From contig JABCTZ010000046.1 in the NCBI GenBank assembly GCA_018238155.1, positions 256,001 to 320,000 on the forward strand: a stretch of DNA of 64,000 nucleotides, in the 5' to 3' direction. The notes under the pieces were generated by a model. The model was given only the letters and a program-made list of their open reading frames with translations. It searched no databases and was not told the DNA's origin. The translations under genes and the position numbers were made by a program. This DNA is from Candidatus Heimdallarchaeota archaeon. Its GTDB lineage: Archaea > Asgardarchaeota > Heimdallarchaeia > JABLTI01. This document shows, piece by piece, positions 29,224 through 39,890 of this stretch (position 1 is the stretch's first letter; every line of letters begins with the position of its first letter).

Positions 29224-29985
29224 ATGGTAATACCTAAAATTGGGTTTCTCTTCGATGTCGATGGTACATTAACATATTATAGAGGAAACGATTCAATTGT
29301 GGATCTTCTCATCATTAATGATCTTGAAGCGATTAGAAAGAGAAAACATCCAATAGGGCTTATTACAGGTAGAAGTGTCAATTGGGTAAGGCAAATATTT
29401 TTTGAACATATCAATCAATCTTTGAAAGAATATATACAAATTTTTGGTGAATTTGGTCTTGTTGTTTGGCATAATGGCAAAAAGAGAAAGGGACGAATAA
29501 ATTCCGACACTAGAAAGGCTCTTACCGAAATTAAAAAGAAAATAATTGATAGAATTTGTTTTGATAGAGATTTAGAAACGATTGTTAGTTATGAAGCTCC
29601 ACAAAAAAGAGCTCTTTGGATTGAACCAAAAGAAATTATGTTAACATTTAGAACAATGCCGACATTCGGTTTGACTATTGATGTTTATCAAGCATTAATT
29701 GAACCAATTATTGCAGATTATAGTGATTTATTGCGATTGGAATCAAATCCTTACGCAGCAGATATTTTACCTATTAATGCGAACAAGAAAAAGGGAGCAG
29801 AAACAGCAATTAAAAAATTAGACCCTGAAAAGAAAGTCAAGAAATGGTATGCTTTTGGAGATTCCACATCCGATAGAAAAATGGAAGAAGCAAAGGGTAG
29901 TACTGTTGATTTTTATCTCATTCCAAGAGGAGATACAAGTAAAGCCCATTATATAATACAAAATTTATTGATAGGAAGAGAATAG
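29224..29985 (+). CDS. HAD-IIB family phosphatase
   Basis: FDVDGTL, TGRS, NKK, FGDSTSD. Confidence 0.88.
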   Translation: MVIPKIGFLFDVDGTLTYYRGNDSIVDLLIINDLEAIRKRKHPIGLITGRSVNWVRQIFFEHINQSLKEYIQIFGEFGLVVWHNGKKRKGRINSDTRKALTEIKKKIIDRICFDRDLETIVSYEAPQKRALWIEPKEIMLTFRTMPTFGLTIDVYQALIEPIIADYSDLLRLESNPYAADILPINANKKKGAETAIKKLDPEKKVKKWYAFGDSTSDRKMEEAKGSTVDFYLIPRGDTSKAHYIIQNLLIGRE

Positions 29986-30010
29986 GTCTGTTTAACAGCT
30001 TACCAAATTC

Positions 30011-30979
30011 TTAAAGGAAAATTGTTAAGATACTAATTAGAAAGGCAATTACTGAAATTAGAAAGGACAAAGAAGCAATGAAAAAACTAATGAAACGTTG
30101 TTTTTCAGCTATCCTTGCTGAATCAATATTTGTTTTCACCATATCTTTGATTACATCAGCTAGTTTCAAGAGAATATCATCATCAATCGCACGCATTCGT
30201 TGTCTTGTTACTGGTTTTGCGGCATTACGTAAACGGCGCAATTGTTCATAAATTCCACCTTGATAAATTGCATTAATTAATGTCTGTTTAAACTCATGTG
30301 GTATCCAACCATCACAGAAAACCATCACACTTCTAACACTGACTCGAATATAATGTTCTTTGAAACTAAATAAACTAAACCATTTTCCTCTTTCGGGCAA
30401 AGTATAAGTTAATGCTGTGCTGGGTATTGAAAATATTGGATCAACATTATTGACCTTAGAATATTCATATTCTTCTTTAATGATTTTTGCACCATTTTTT
30501 ACGATAATCAATGGATAGGAAAAAATATCTTTTATTTCCCATGGTTTTTCTCCAACACCATCGGGATCTTCTGCAGTAACTTTGAATCCTTTCAAATCCT
30601 CAAATACAAATTTCAAATCACGAAGAATATCATCTCTATGCTCTTTAATTTCAAAAAATTCTTCAAAACCTAATGTCAAACGAATTATCAATCTTTGATT
30701 ATAAAAACCGATAAGTGGTGATCGAATTATATCCACATAAGAGGTATAGGGGTCTACTTTTGCAAGTTTGAAAGATTCTTCAATACTAGGCATATTGATT
30801 TCTGTTATTGTTCCTTTAATGAAGAAGTCAGGATGTGGTATCATCTTCCTAAATGATTCTAGAATTTTAACCCATAATTCATTTAATTGTCTTGAAGAGA
30901 GATTTGAGATAGGTAAACCAAAATCAAATAGTGCAAGAATATACCAAGCAACATAGTCTTTTTCTTTTTTTCTTGCCAA
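30011..30979 (-). CDS. Hypothetical protein with C-terminal TM anchor
   Basis: 322-aa ORF with a soluble domain, a helical stalk and a hydrophobic extreme C-terminus. Confidence 0.7.
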   Translation of the reverse strand: MARKKEKDYVAWYILALFDFGLPISNLSSRQLNELWVKILESFRKMIPHPDFFIKGTITEINMPSIEESFKLAKVDPYTSYVDIIRSPLIGFYNQRLIIRLTLGFEEFFEIKEHRDDILRDLKFVFEDLKGFKVTAEDPDGVGEKPWEIKDIFSYPLIIVKNGAKIIKEEYEYSKVNNVDPIFSIPSTALTYTLPERGKWFSLFSFKEHYIRVSVRSVMVFCDGWIPHEFKQTLINAIYQGGIYEQLRRLRNAAKPVTRQRMRAIDDDILLKLADVIKDMVKTNIDSARIAEKQRFISFFIASLSFLISVIAFLISILTIFL

Positions 30980-31081
30980 TCCATTTTACTCCTTTACACG
31001 ATAGCGATGATAATCATTTGCAACATCATTATTTAATTAATTGGATTATTAATGACTTTCTGATTCCTCAATGGAGCACTA

Positions 31082-31711
31082 TTATGATTTTATTGATAAT
31101 TGATAGAGAATAATATCTTCTTTTCCTTCTGAGACTTTATCAAGAAATTTGTAAAGGAAATTATTTGTGTTAAATAATTCAACCAATTTAGAGTGATTCG
31201 TTTTTGAAGAGACTACTAAATAGACTAATCCCGTAGATTTCAAAACCATTGAAAGATTCTCAATAAAAGGAACAATTACCTCGAGACCATCTCTTCCTCC
31301 GGACCAAGCTTTTTCTAGCATTCCATTATCTGAAAGAGGGAGATAAGGCGAGTTAAATAATATAATATCAAAAAACTGTTTGAAATTATTTTGGTGTTTT
31401 GTTGCTGTAAACAAGTTTGAAGAATAGACCATCAAATTTAGTCTGTTCCTTATGGCGTTCTGATGTGTAGAAATAGCCGCAGCAAAATTTACATCCAAAC
31501 AAAAATATTCAGCCGAAGGGAATTTTTTTGCTAAATAAAGAGAGACATATCCAGAACCGGAACCTACCTCGAGAACTTTTTGATTTGAATGAACAACAAC
31601 ATTTTCTGCTAGTAGAAATGAATCTTCAGCAGGATCATAGACATTCTTAGGTATTACTAGATTCAAACCATCTACTGATTTCTTCATTAATTTGCACCAT
31701 GGATAAATCAT
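31082..31711 (-). CDS. HemK2/MTQ2/N6AMT1-like release-factor Gln methyltransferase
   Basis: VYDPAEDSFLL, LEVGSGSG, FNSPYLP, WSGGRDG; coupled to rsmA as is common in archaea. Confidence 0.9.
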   Translation of the reverse strand: MIYPWCKLMKKSVDGLNLVIPKNVYDPAEDSFLLAENVVVHSNQKVLEVGSGSGYVSLYLAKKFPSAEYFCLDVNFAAAISTHQNAIRNRLNLMVYSSNLFTATKHQNNFKQFFDIILFNSPYLPLSDNGMLEKAWSGGRDGLEVIVPFIENLSMVLKSTGLVYLVVSSKTNHSKLVELFNTNNFLYKFLDKVSEGKEDIILYQLSIKS

Positions 31712-32574
31712 TTTTCAGGTAAGAGATGTTGTTTATTCGTCTCTTGTAAAAGATCTCTTAATTCATTTGTAATCACTACGATATCTTCAATGCTTAATTC
31801 TCGTACTCTCACTTTTGCAGAAGTTAAAGCAGCATCCATCTTCTTTTTGAAATTAATTCGTTGATCCTTCTCAAGAGATTTCTTGAAATAGGCATAAAAA
31901 ACCGTTGAAACAAGTTTATTCTTTGTATTAAACAGAATTCTTGTAATTACTCCATAAGTTTTTGGATCAACTGGAAGATCTTCAACTCTAAGTTTTATTT
32001 CAACAATTGCACTATCAACTTTTGGAGGAGGATAAAAATTACCTTTTGAAATTTTTTCTACAATTTTGACTTCTGCTTGATATTGTAAATTTGCTGATAG
32101 GCGAGAATAGTCATCAGTTTTTGGCAGAGCAATCATTCTCTTTGCAAATTCAAGTTGATACATTAAAATAGCAACTTCGAATTTTGTCTGGAGTAATTTG
32201 AATGTAATTGGAGAAGAGATATGATAAGGAAGATTTGCTACAATTTTGTTTACCTTAGGCAAATCTAATTTCAAAACATCTCCTTCTATGATAGTTACAT
32301 TTTCATTTGATTTAAACTTCTTACGAAGATAACTTGCTAACATTTTATCATATTCAATGCAAAATACATGACCAGCTTTTCTTGCTAATCTCTCAGTTAG
32401 GATGCCTGTTCCTCCACCAATTTCAAGAACCGAATCTTTTTCTGAGACTGCTGCATAATCTATTTGCCTTTCAAGGATGTGGCTATTCACCAAAAAATTT
32501 TGACTCATTATTTTTCTTGGGCTTATCCCTGCGTCCCTTAATGAGTCTCTTATTTCAGCGATTAAATCAGTCAT
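31708..32574 (-). CDS. rsmA: 16S rRNA dimethyladenosine transferase (KsgA/Dim1)
   Basis: SQNFL, LEIGGGTG, ANLPYHISSP, QLEFAKR, FYPPPKVDS. Confidence 0.95.
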   Translation of the reverse strand: MTDLIAEIRDSLRDAGISPRKIMSQNFLVNSHILERQIDYAAVSEKDSVLEIGGGTGILTERLARKAGHVFCIEYDKMLASYLRKKFKSNENVTIIEGDVLKLDLPKVNKIVANLPYHISSPITFKLLQTKFEVAILMYQLEFAKRMIALPKTDDYSRLSANLQYQAEVKIVEKISKGNFYPPPKVDSAIVEIKLRVEDLPVDPKTYGVITRILFNTKNKLVSTVFYAYFKKSLEKDQRINFKKKMDAALTSAKVRVRELSIEDIVVITNELRDLLQETNKQHLLPEK

Positions 32575-32703
32575 TATTTTTCATCCGTGGTTATTAATTT
32601 CTATCTTTCGTTATAAAAATTAAAGGATAAAATTCAATTTAGTCTTAAAAAAATAAGACATCAATTTTCAAAAGAAAAAGAAGGGAAAAATCCCCCTTAC
32701 AAT

Positions 32704-33444
32704 TTATTGATATTCCATTATAGATAATTGCCCAGCGGAAACTGTCATAGCCATTGGTTTTCTGCTGAATGTATAAGAACCACGCATTTTAATGATTTTG
32801 ATAGTGCTAAATGCTTCATCTCCTATAGATACTCTGAGTACTCCATCTACAAGATGTTCAAGTGCTCTAATGTCATGCTCGTTATGAATATCTCTATGTA
32901 AAGACATCAACGTAACAGTTGCATCTTTTTTGTTACTTGCAATTCGGTTTTGAACAAATGACAGAGCAGGTCTCAATGTTTCACTTGCGAGTAAAACTGC
33001 TGATAAGCTATCAACAACACCTCTACATTGTATTTTTTGAGTTTGAGTGTGTAACATTGCTCTACGAATTGCTTCACTAATGGCTCGCGGTTGACTAATA
33101 TTATTGACGACATTCTTGAATTGAGAACGCATATCAGAATACCCATAAGGATTTGAGAAAGCATCAATATACACCATTCTTTCAGTTTCAAGCAGAATGT
33201 CAGCATTTACACCCAACGTTCGTAAATTATCAGCATAGTATTTGAATGGGTGTTCAGTACTCATTACCCACCCAGTTTCTCCTCCTCTCAAACCTTCTGT
33301 GAGAAAATTGAGTGTAATTAAATCAGACTCGACACCAATTTCATCTTCAACTAAAATAACTGATCCTCGAGGAATTCCACCACCGAATGCTGCGTCTAAT
33401 ATAGGTAATCCAAATCTTGCGGGTGCTGTTTCATTTTGCGCCAA
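32704..33444 (-). CDS. KaiC/RAD55-like RecA-fold protein with degenerate P-loop (Elp4/Elp6-like)
   Basis: GLPILD..FGGGIPRGS. Walker A is replaced by EDEIGVES; Walker B VVDSLS; HLVDGVL; IIKMRG retained. Confidence 0.85.
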   Translation of the reverse strand: MAQNETAPARFGLPILDAAFGGGIPRGSVILVEDEIGVESDLITLNFLTEGLRGGETGWVMSTEHPFKYYADNLRTLGVNADILLETERMVYIDAFSNPYGYSDMRSQFKNVVNNISQPRAISEAIRRAMLHTQTQKIQCRGVVDSLSAVLLASETLRPALSFVQNRIASNKKDATVTLMSLHRDIHNEHDIRALEHLVDGVLRVSIGDEAFSTIKIIKMRGSYTFSRKPMAMTVSAGQLSIMEYQ

Positions 33445-33708
33445 TTTTTTTTCCTCCGAATATAATATGTAAGCTAATATCTATTTATCCTATTTCAAGA
33501 TTATCCCTTGACAACAAAACATCAAATCTAATCTCTTAAAACAATTTACTATTGTTTTATATCTTATTTGCTTTACGTTTCCCTACTATTAACAGTTTTT
33601 GGTATGGCGGATGAAAAGTTGGCTTAAAAAGAGTCCTTTTCTGGAAATTTTTAAAAGGAATGCAATAATGATACTCATAAAAATAAAAAAACAGGAGAAG
33701 AATCTTGA

Positions 33709-34782
33709 ATGGCAATTTTGATTACTGGTGGGACAGGGTATGTTGGAGGAAATTTAGTAGAAGAACTAATTCAAAATCAAGAAGAGTGGGGTATAGATAA
33801 AAAGGATATTTTTGTTCTCGTTCGAGAAGAAAGCAATATTGATCATTTGAAAAAATTAGGTGTTCAATTTATCATTGGAGACCTCAAAAAACCAGACACA
33901 CTAAAGAAAGCCGTGAAAAAAATATCAATTATTTTTCATTTAGGTGCTGTTGTTCTTGATCAGTCTCCACCGGAATTATTACATGAAGTTAACGTTCTTG
34001 GAACAGAAGCACTTCTTGAAGCTTTCTCTAAAGAAAAAGAAATGAAGAAATTCGTTTTCGTAAGTACATGGGGCGTCTACGGATACAAAGTGAAAGCAAA
34101 ACCAATGACTGAAAAGCAACCATTAAATCCAACAACAGATTACCACAAATCAAAAGTAGATGCAGAGGAGATTGTTTGGAAGTATTATCATAAACACAAT
34201 GTTCCGATTTCAATTGCAAGGCTTCCAATGATACTAGGTCCCGGAGATACTTTGACTACACCTCGAGTTGTTCAAGCGTTTTTTGATGGAAAAGTAAAAT
34301 TCATTGGAAACGGCAAGAATCTTTTCTCGGGCGTTCAAGTAAGAGATGCAGCACGTGCAATCATTACTATGGGAATAAAGAAAGAAGGCATTGGTAGCGT
34401 ATATAATGTTAAAAGCTTCGATATTTCCCAGAAGGATTACTGGGTATCCCACATGAAAGCTATTGGTTTCTCTGATGTCAAAATTCCTTCCTTTCCAAAA
34501 TGGTTTGCTATGTTCTTTGCTTGGATGAAGGAAGGAATAGCAAAAATTAAAGGAACTGGAAAAGCAACTTTGACAAGGCATCGTGTTATGCGTTATGGTA
34601 ATACTCGAGTAGTTGATATTTCAAAATTACAAAAGGAATTGAATTGGAAAGGAAAATTTACTGATAGTAAACAGGTCATTAAAGATTCTGTTAAATGGCT
34701 TGAAGAAAATGATTTCATTGACTATGAAAACAAAAAAGTATTACTCCTTCGAAGATGGGAAGATCACTTTATTAGAAAATAA
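33709..34782 (+). CDS. NAD-dependent epimerase/dehydratase (extended SDR, 3-beta-HSD-like)
   Basis: TGGTGYVG, HLGA, VNVLGT, YHKSK, GPGD. Confidence 0.9.
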   Translation: MAILITGGTGYVGGNLVEELIQNQEEWGIDKKDIFVLVREESNIDHLKKLGVQFIIGDLKKPDTLKKAVKKISIIFHLGAVVLDQSPPELLHEVNVLGTEALLEAFSKEKEMKKFVFVSTWGVYGYKVKAKPMTEKQPLNPTTDYHKSKVDAEEIVWKYYHKHNVPISIARLPMILGPGDTLTTPRVVQAFFDGKVKFIGNGKNLFSGVQVRDAARAIITMGIKKEGIGSVYNVKSFDISQKDYWVSHMKAIGFSDVKIPSFPKWFAMFFAWMKEGIAKIKGTGKATLTRHRVMRYGNTRVVDISKLQKELNWKGKFTDSKQVIKDSVKWLEENDFIDYENKKVLLLRRWEDHFIRK

Positions 34783-34944
34783 GATTAAGTGAATTTCACC
34801 CAATCCTTTTTTACTATCCTTTTATTAATATTTTTTAGATTGATAATTAGTTTTACTCTTTTGCCTCAAAACTAAAGCAATTAAATAGCTATACTGAGTA
34901 AACATTACAATAGTATATAGTTCAATTAACTCTGAGGTTATAGA

Positions 34945-37900
34945 TTGCCAATAATTAGTATCTTGCTTGTGGATGATGAAGAAATACTTTTAGAGGCATC
35001 TAAGCTCTATCTAGAGAATCTAAGTGAAAAATTTCAAATTTTTCCATTAAATTCTGCAATAAAAGCTCTGGAAAAATTAGATTCAAACGCTTTTGATATT
35101 ATTATTTCTGATTATCAAATGCCAAAAATGAATGGTTTAGAATTTCTAGAGAAATTACGAAGTGTTGGAAATGAAACTCCTTTTATAATTTTCACAGGTA
35201 AAGGAAGAGAAGAAGTAGCTATTCAAGCATTAAATCTTGGTGCAGATTATTACCTCCAAAAAGGAGGAGAGACAAGAAGTCAATTCAGAGAACTTGTCAA
35301 TTTAATTGAAAAATTAGTCGAGAAGAAACAAATAGATGTTGCACGTAAGAGATTACTAGAACAACAAATTTCAATCAATAAATTAGCATTAACCCTTGGA
35401 GATACTCGAGATTTAAATAAAATTTACAAAACAGTATTTCAATATATTTATGCAATAATGGATGCAGATACTTTTGTTGTTGATTTTTATAACAAAGAAG
35501 AGAAAACAATTTCACATGGATATACACTCATTGAAGGCAATGTTTTAGATATAATGATGTTTCCACCAATTCCTTTGGGTCACAGAGAAAGTGAAATACA
35601 AACAAAAATAATCGAGTCGGGAGAAGTCATATATAAATCCAATTTTTATAAGAACAACAATGATAGTAAAGGTACTAAGAAAGCCGTTAAATCTTCGAAA
35701 AGTGATGGAGTTACAAAGTCAGCTGTTTATGTTCCTATGAAAATAGCTGGAGAGATAATTGGTATTTTACAAATTCAAAGTTATAGACATGATGCCTATT
35801 CCAAAGCAGATATTGAATTACTTTCTGGTATGGCAAATGTTGCTGCTGTTTCAATTCAAAATGCACGTTTATTTAGCAATCAATTTCAAATGACTCAAAA
35901 TTTAATTGAAGAGAAAAATCGAACACAAAAATACCTCAATCTAGCTGATGCACTGATTATAACTTTAGACCATAACGGTAAGGTAATAATGATTAACAAT
36001 AAAGGCTGTGAGATTCTTAATCGCTCTGAAGATGAAATCATAGGAAAAAATTGGTACGAACATTTCATCCCCAAAAAAAATAGGAAGGAAGCATTTGCTA
36101 GATTTAATGATTTAATAAATGGGAAAATCAAGGCAATAACCTCAGTAATAAATCCTATTTTAAGAAAATCAGATGAAGAGAGAATAATTCGATGGAAAAC
36201 AGATGTTCGTAGAGATCAACAAAATAAAATTATTGGCATCCTAAGCTCAGGTATTGATATCACAGATGAAGTAAAAACACAAGAATCATTGATGATTTTT
36301 CAAACAAGATATCAAAGACTACTAGAAAATGTTGATCAAGGGATAATCATTTTTGAAGAACAAAAAGTAGTTTTTCTAAATGACAAAACTTGCGAAATTT
36401 ATGGACGGTCAATGGAAGAACTAATGAAATTTAGTTTTTTGGACGTTTGTGCACCCGAAGACAGAGCTCAATTGGAGAAATTATTGAAACAAGAGAGAGA
36501 TGAAGGTGAGTTAATAGAAGAAACTTCTTTCTGGACTATAACTCAAAATGGTGAAAGGAAATTCATTCAAAACAGAATCTATTTTGCTTATGAGAATGGA
36601 AATATTGTTAATCGATTTATGTTTGTTAGTGATAAAACAAATGAGATGCTAACAAATAACGCATTAAAAATGTCAGAAGAAAATTATCGTACAACTTTGA
36701 ACTCAATGGGTGTACCTATCCATGTTGCTGATAAAGATTTGCGGATTATACTTACAAATCAAAGTCTCATAGATTGGCTTAAGAATTTAGATATTAACTC
36801 CAATATTATTGGAAAAAAGATTTTTGATGTCTTTCCGTTTCTACCGCAGAGGGTTAAGGATGAATATAAGCAAACCATTGAAACTAAACAAATTGTAACT
36901 TCTGAAGATGTTTCTCATTTAAAAAGTTTCAATGTGATGAATGAAACTAGAAAAATACCTGTTATTGAAGATGGAGAAGTTGTTAGAATTATCACGATTA
37001 TACGTGATATTACAGAACAAAAAGAAATGGAAATGCAATTACGAGAAAACGAACAAAATACTCGAAGATTACTGGATAATTTGAATGATGGAATAGTACT
37101 GTTCAATTTCCAAGGAAAGATCATTGATACAAACAAAAAATCTTCTGAAATTCTTGGGTTTTCACAAGAAGAATTGGAGACCATGGCATTCAATGATTTC
37201 ATTGACGAAAGTGATGCACAAAAATTTGCTGATTTCTATAAGAAAATTATTGAGACAGGCAATGCTAGCTTCAATCTTCGTTTAAAAACAAAAGATAACC
37301 TTCAATTTCTTTCTGAAATCAATGCTAGTTTAATTGAGCTTGTCGGAAAGCATTACATTCAAGCTATTTTCCGTGATGTATCACAAAGAAAGCAATTAGA
37401 AGAGGAGAAGGAGAAGCGAATAAATGATCTTATGTTCCTCTCTCAAACAGCAGTTAATTTTGTAAGCCTTCCAATAAATGAAAATATCTATGAATATATT
37501 GGATTAAAGATTCGAGAAATTGTAGGAGAATCTATAGTAATTACTTTCTCCTTTGATAGTGAAAATAATATGTTCTCTTCTCAAGCTCTCATTGGAGCTA
37601 GAAAAAAAGAATTATTAAATATTATTGATTTGAATCCTATAGGAGTGAAAATTAAAGTCACAAAAGATGTTCTAGATTTTATTAAGAATAACCCTATTGG
37701 AAAATTCAACGAATCCTTGAATACAATTTCGGAGGGATTATTCTCTAAAGATCAAGAAAAACTAATTCGTAGCTTGTACAAAATAGATAATGTTTTTTCA
37801 GTATCTTTTACTCATTTGGGTAGATTGTTTGGTACAGTTATTATAGCACCAACTGATAAAGAAATCAATGATCTACCAAACAGAGAATTACTCTCTGCGT

Positions 37901-39873
37901 TTGCAAATCAAACTGCTGTTGCTTTGTTAAGAAGAAAAGCTGAAAGAGATTTACATGATAGTGAAGAAAAATATCGGATTTTATTTAGTGATTCAAATGA
38001 TGGAATATTTATTTTTAATTCTAAATTTGAAATAATTGATTTCAACCAAAAAGCAGAGGAACTTTTAGGATTTAAAGATGATATTCTTCGAGAGAAAAAA
38101 ATAACTGATTTGTTACCTAAACAGAACATTGAAAGGTTTCTTGAAAAAATAATGAATCTACAAGACAATAAAATTACCAAATTTGAAATGGATTTAAGTA
38201 ATCAGTTAGATAGAACATTTACTGTTGAAATTACTGCAAACTATATTGAAGTTGGTCAAAAGCAACTAATTCAAATTATATTCAGAGATATCACTCAAAA
38301 GAAAATTGTCGAAGAAATCAGAACAAGACACATTAATACTATGAGATTTATTTCATACTCAGCTATGGAATTTGTAGCATTACCTTCTGAAAAGAATATT
38401 TTTCATTTCATTGCTGAAAAAATAAGTGAACTCGCCGAGAATTCTATAGTAGTTGTTTCTACATATAATAATGAAAGCGACACATTTTCTGCTTCAGCAA
38501 TAATGGGAATAAACCGACACTTAGAAAGTCTTGTCAATATTTTGGGGCAAAGTCCAAATAAAATATCTGTAAAAATAGATAAGAAATATATTAATCTACA
38601 AAATATTGGAAAATTAAAAAAACTTCAATGTACTATTGATGAGCTTACAAAGAGTTCGTTAAGCAAAAAACAAGGAACAATTCTATGGAAATTAATGAAT
38701 CTAGGTGAAATGTATTCTCTTGAATTCGTTGAAGATGGAAAGCTATCTGGAACTGTCCTCATTGTAGTGAAAAAGGGAAAGCAATTACAAAATATAGAAC
38801 TAATTGAAGCTTTTTGCAATCAAGCATCTGTTGCATTGCTTCGAAAGCTTACTGAAGAGGAACTTATAGAGAGCGAAGAACGTTTCAGGGAACTTGTTGA
38901 AACAATGAATGATGGTTTTGGTATGGATGATGAAAATGGTTTTATTACCTATATCAATGCTAAGTATAGAGAAATGCTTGGGTACAGTCAAGAAGAAATG
39001 TTAGGTAAAAAAGCATTTGAGTTTTTAGATGAAGCAAGTCAAGAGGCATACTTGAATGAAAACAGTGAAAGGAAAAATGGCTTTTATCGACCTTATGAAA
39101 TCAATTGGAGAAGAAAAGATGGAAAGATAATACCGACAATTGTTTCCCCGAAAGCAATCTTGGATGCAGAAGATAAATTCCTAGGAACATATGCGGTTAT
39201 AACAGATATCTCGGAAAGAAAAGCGGCAGAAACAAGATTACAAAACCAACAAATAGAATTACAAAAACAGAGAGATGAATTGGAATCATTTACCTCAACA
39301 ATTGCTCATGATCTTAGAGGAAAAATGCAAATAATTTCTTTGTACAATTCAATAGCTAAAACAGAATACAGTCATAAAATTTCTGAAAGCATAGAAGAAA
39401 TGTCTGCTTTCATCGAAGATTTATTGTTATTGGCCAAAAAAGGTGAAATTCTCGGAGATATAGTAAAAGTAAATCTAAATGATTTAATTAAAAATTTGAA
39501 AACAAAAATTTGTACCTTAAGTCCTGAGCTTGAAATTAAAATAAGTAAATTGCCAACAATGAAAGGAGATCAAGTGAAACTGGGTCAAGTTTTCGAAAAT
39601 CTAATGATGAATGTAGTAAAACATGCAAAAGCTTCAAAGCTAGAAATTTATCAGGAAAAGGATAAAAATTGTATACAAATAATTTTCAAAGATAACGGAA
39701 AAGGAATTTCAGAGAAGAAAAAACTTGAAATCATAGAATCATGGAGCACAAAACGTTATTCATCATTTGGAATGTTAATAATAGTAAAAATTGTCCAAGC
39801 ACATAAAGGTCAAATTTTATTAGAAAGTGAAGAGGGAAAAGGAACAAAAATAGTGCTTACTTTTCCCAAATGA
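34945..39873 (+). CDS. Hybrid sensor histidine kinase REC-GAF-(PAS)n-GAF-PAS-GAF-PAS-HisKA-HATPase
   Basis: N-terminal REC (LVDDE, SDYQMP, FTGK), multiple PAS/PAC motifs (DIT), H-box IAHDLR, N-box FENLMMN, G1 DNGKGI; no TM. Confidence 0.92.
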   Translation: MPIISILLVDDEEILLEASKLYLENLSEKFQIFPLNSAIKALEKLDSNAFDIIISDYQMPKMNGLEFLEKLRSVGNETPFIIFTGKGREEVAIQALNLGADYYLQKGGETRSQFRELVNLIEKLVEKKQIDVARKRLLEQQISINKLALTLGDTRDLNKIYKTVFQYIYAIMDADTFVVDFYNKEEKTISHGYTLIEGNVLDIMMFPPIPLGHRESEIQTKIIESGEVIYKSNFYKNNNDSKGTKKAVKSSKSDGVTKSAVYVPMKIAGEIIGILQIQSYRHDAYSKADIELLSGMANVAAVSIQNARLFSNQFQMTQNLIEEKNRTQKYLNLADALIITLDHNGKVIMINNKGCEILNRSEDEIIGKNWYEHFIPKKNRKEAFARFNDLINGKIKAITSVINPILRKSDEERIIRWKTDVRRDQQNKIIGILSSGIDITDEVKTQESLMIFQTRYQRLLENVDQGIIIFEEQKVVFLNDKTCEIYGRSMEELMKFSFLDVCAPEDRAQLEKLLKQERDEGELIEETSFWTITQNGERKFIQNRIYFAYENGNIVNRFMFVSDKTNEMLTNNALKMSEENYRTTLNSMGVPIHVADKDLRIILTNQSLIDWLKNLDINSNIIGKKIFDVFPFLPQRVKDEYKQTIETKQIVTSEDVSHLKSFNVMNETRKIPVIEDGEVVRIITIIRDITEQKEMEMQLRENEQNTRRLLDNLNDGIVLFNFQGKIIDTNKKSSEILGFSQEELETMAFNDFIDESDAQKFADFYKKIIETGNASFNLRLKTKDNLQFLSEINASLIELVGKHYIQAIFRDVSQRKQLEEEKEKRINDLMFLSQTAVNFVSLPINENIYEYIGLKIREIVGESIVITFSFDSENNMFSSQALIGARKKELLNIIDLNPIGVKIKVTKDVLDFIKNNPIGKFNESLNTISEGLFSKDQEKLIRSLYKIDNVFSVSFTHLGRLFGTVIIAPTDKEINDLPNRELLSAFANQTAVALLRRKAERDLHDSEEKYRILFSDSNDGIFIFNSKFEIIDFNQKAEELLGFKDDILREKKITDLLPKQNIERFLEKIMNLQDNKITKFEMDLSNQLDRTFTVEITANYIEVGQKQLIQIIFRDITQKKIVEEIRTRHINTMRFISYSAMEFVALPSEKNIFHFIAEKISELAENSIVVVSTYNNESDTFSASAIMGINRHLESLVNILGQSPNKISVKIDKKYINLQNIGKLKKLQCTIDELTKSSLSKKQGTILWKLMNLGEMYSLEFVEDGKLSGTVLIVVKKGKQLQNIELIEAFCNQASVALLRKLTEEELIESEERFRELVETMNDGFGMDDENGFITYINAKYREMLGYSQEEMLGKKAFEFLDEASQEAYLNENSERKNGFYRPYEINWRRKDGKIIPTIVSPKAILDAEDKFLGTYAVITDISERKAAETRLQNQQIELQKQRDELESFTSTIAHDLRGKMQIISLYNSIAKTEYSHKISESIEEMSAFIEDLLLLAKKGEILGDIVKVNLNDLIKNLKTKICTLSPELEIKISKLPTMKGDQVKLGQVFENLMMNVVKHAKASKLEIYQEKDKNCIQIIFKDNGKGISEKKKLEIIESWSTKRYSSFGMLIIVKIVQAHKGQILLESEEGKGTKIVLTFPK

Positions 39874-39890
39874 TAAGTGGAAGAGATGAA

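Noticed and set aside
29224-29985. Eukaryote-type phosphomannomutase (LFDVDGTLT, FGEFGLV)
   Set aside because: The motifs are shared across HAD-IIB enzymes, and the cap (IEPKEIMLTFR) looks as much like trehalose-6-phosphate phosphatase, so it cannot be assigned.
32704-33444. Circadian KaiC clock
   Set aside because: Single-domain proteins with no KaiA/KaiB genes; single-domain KaiC-like proteins are general in archaea.
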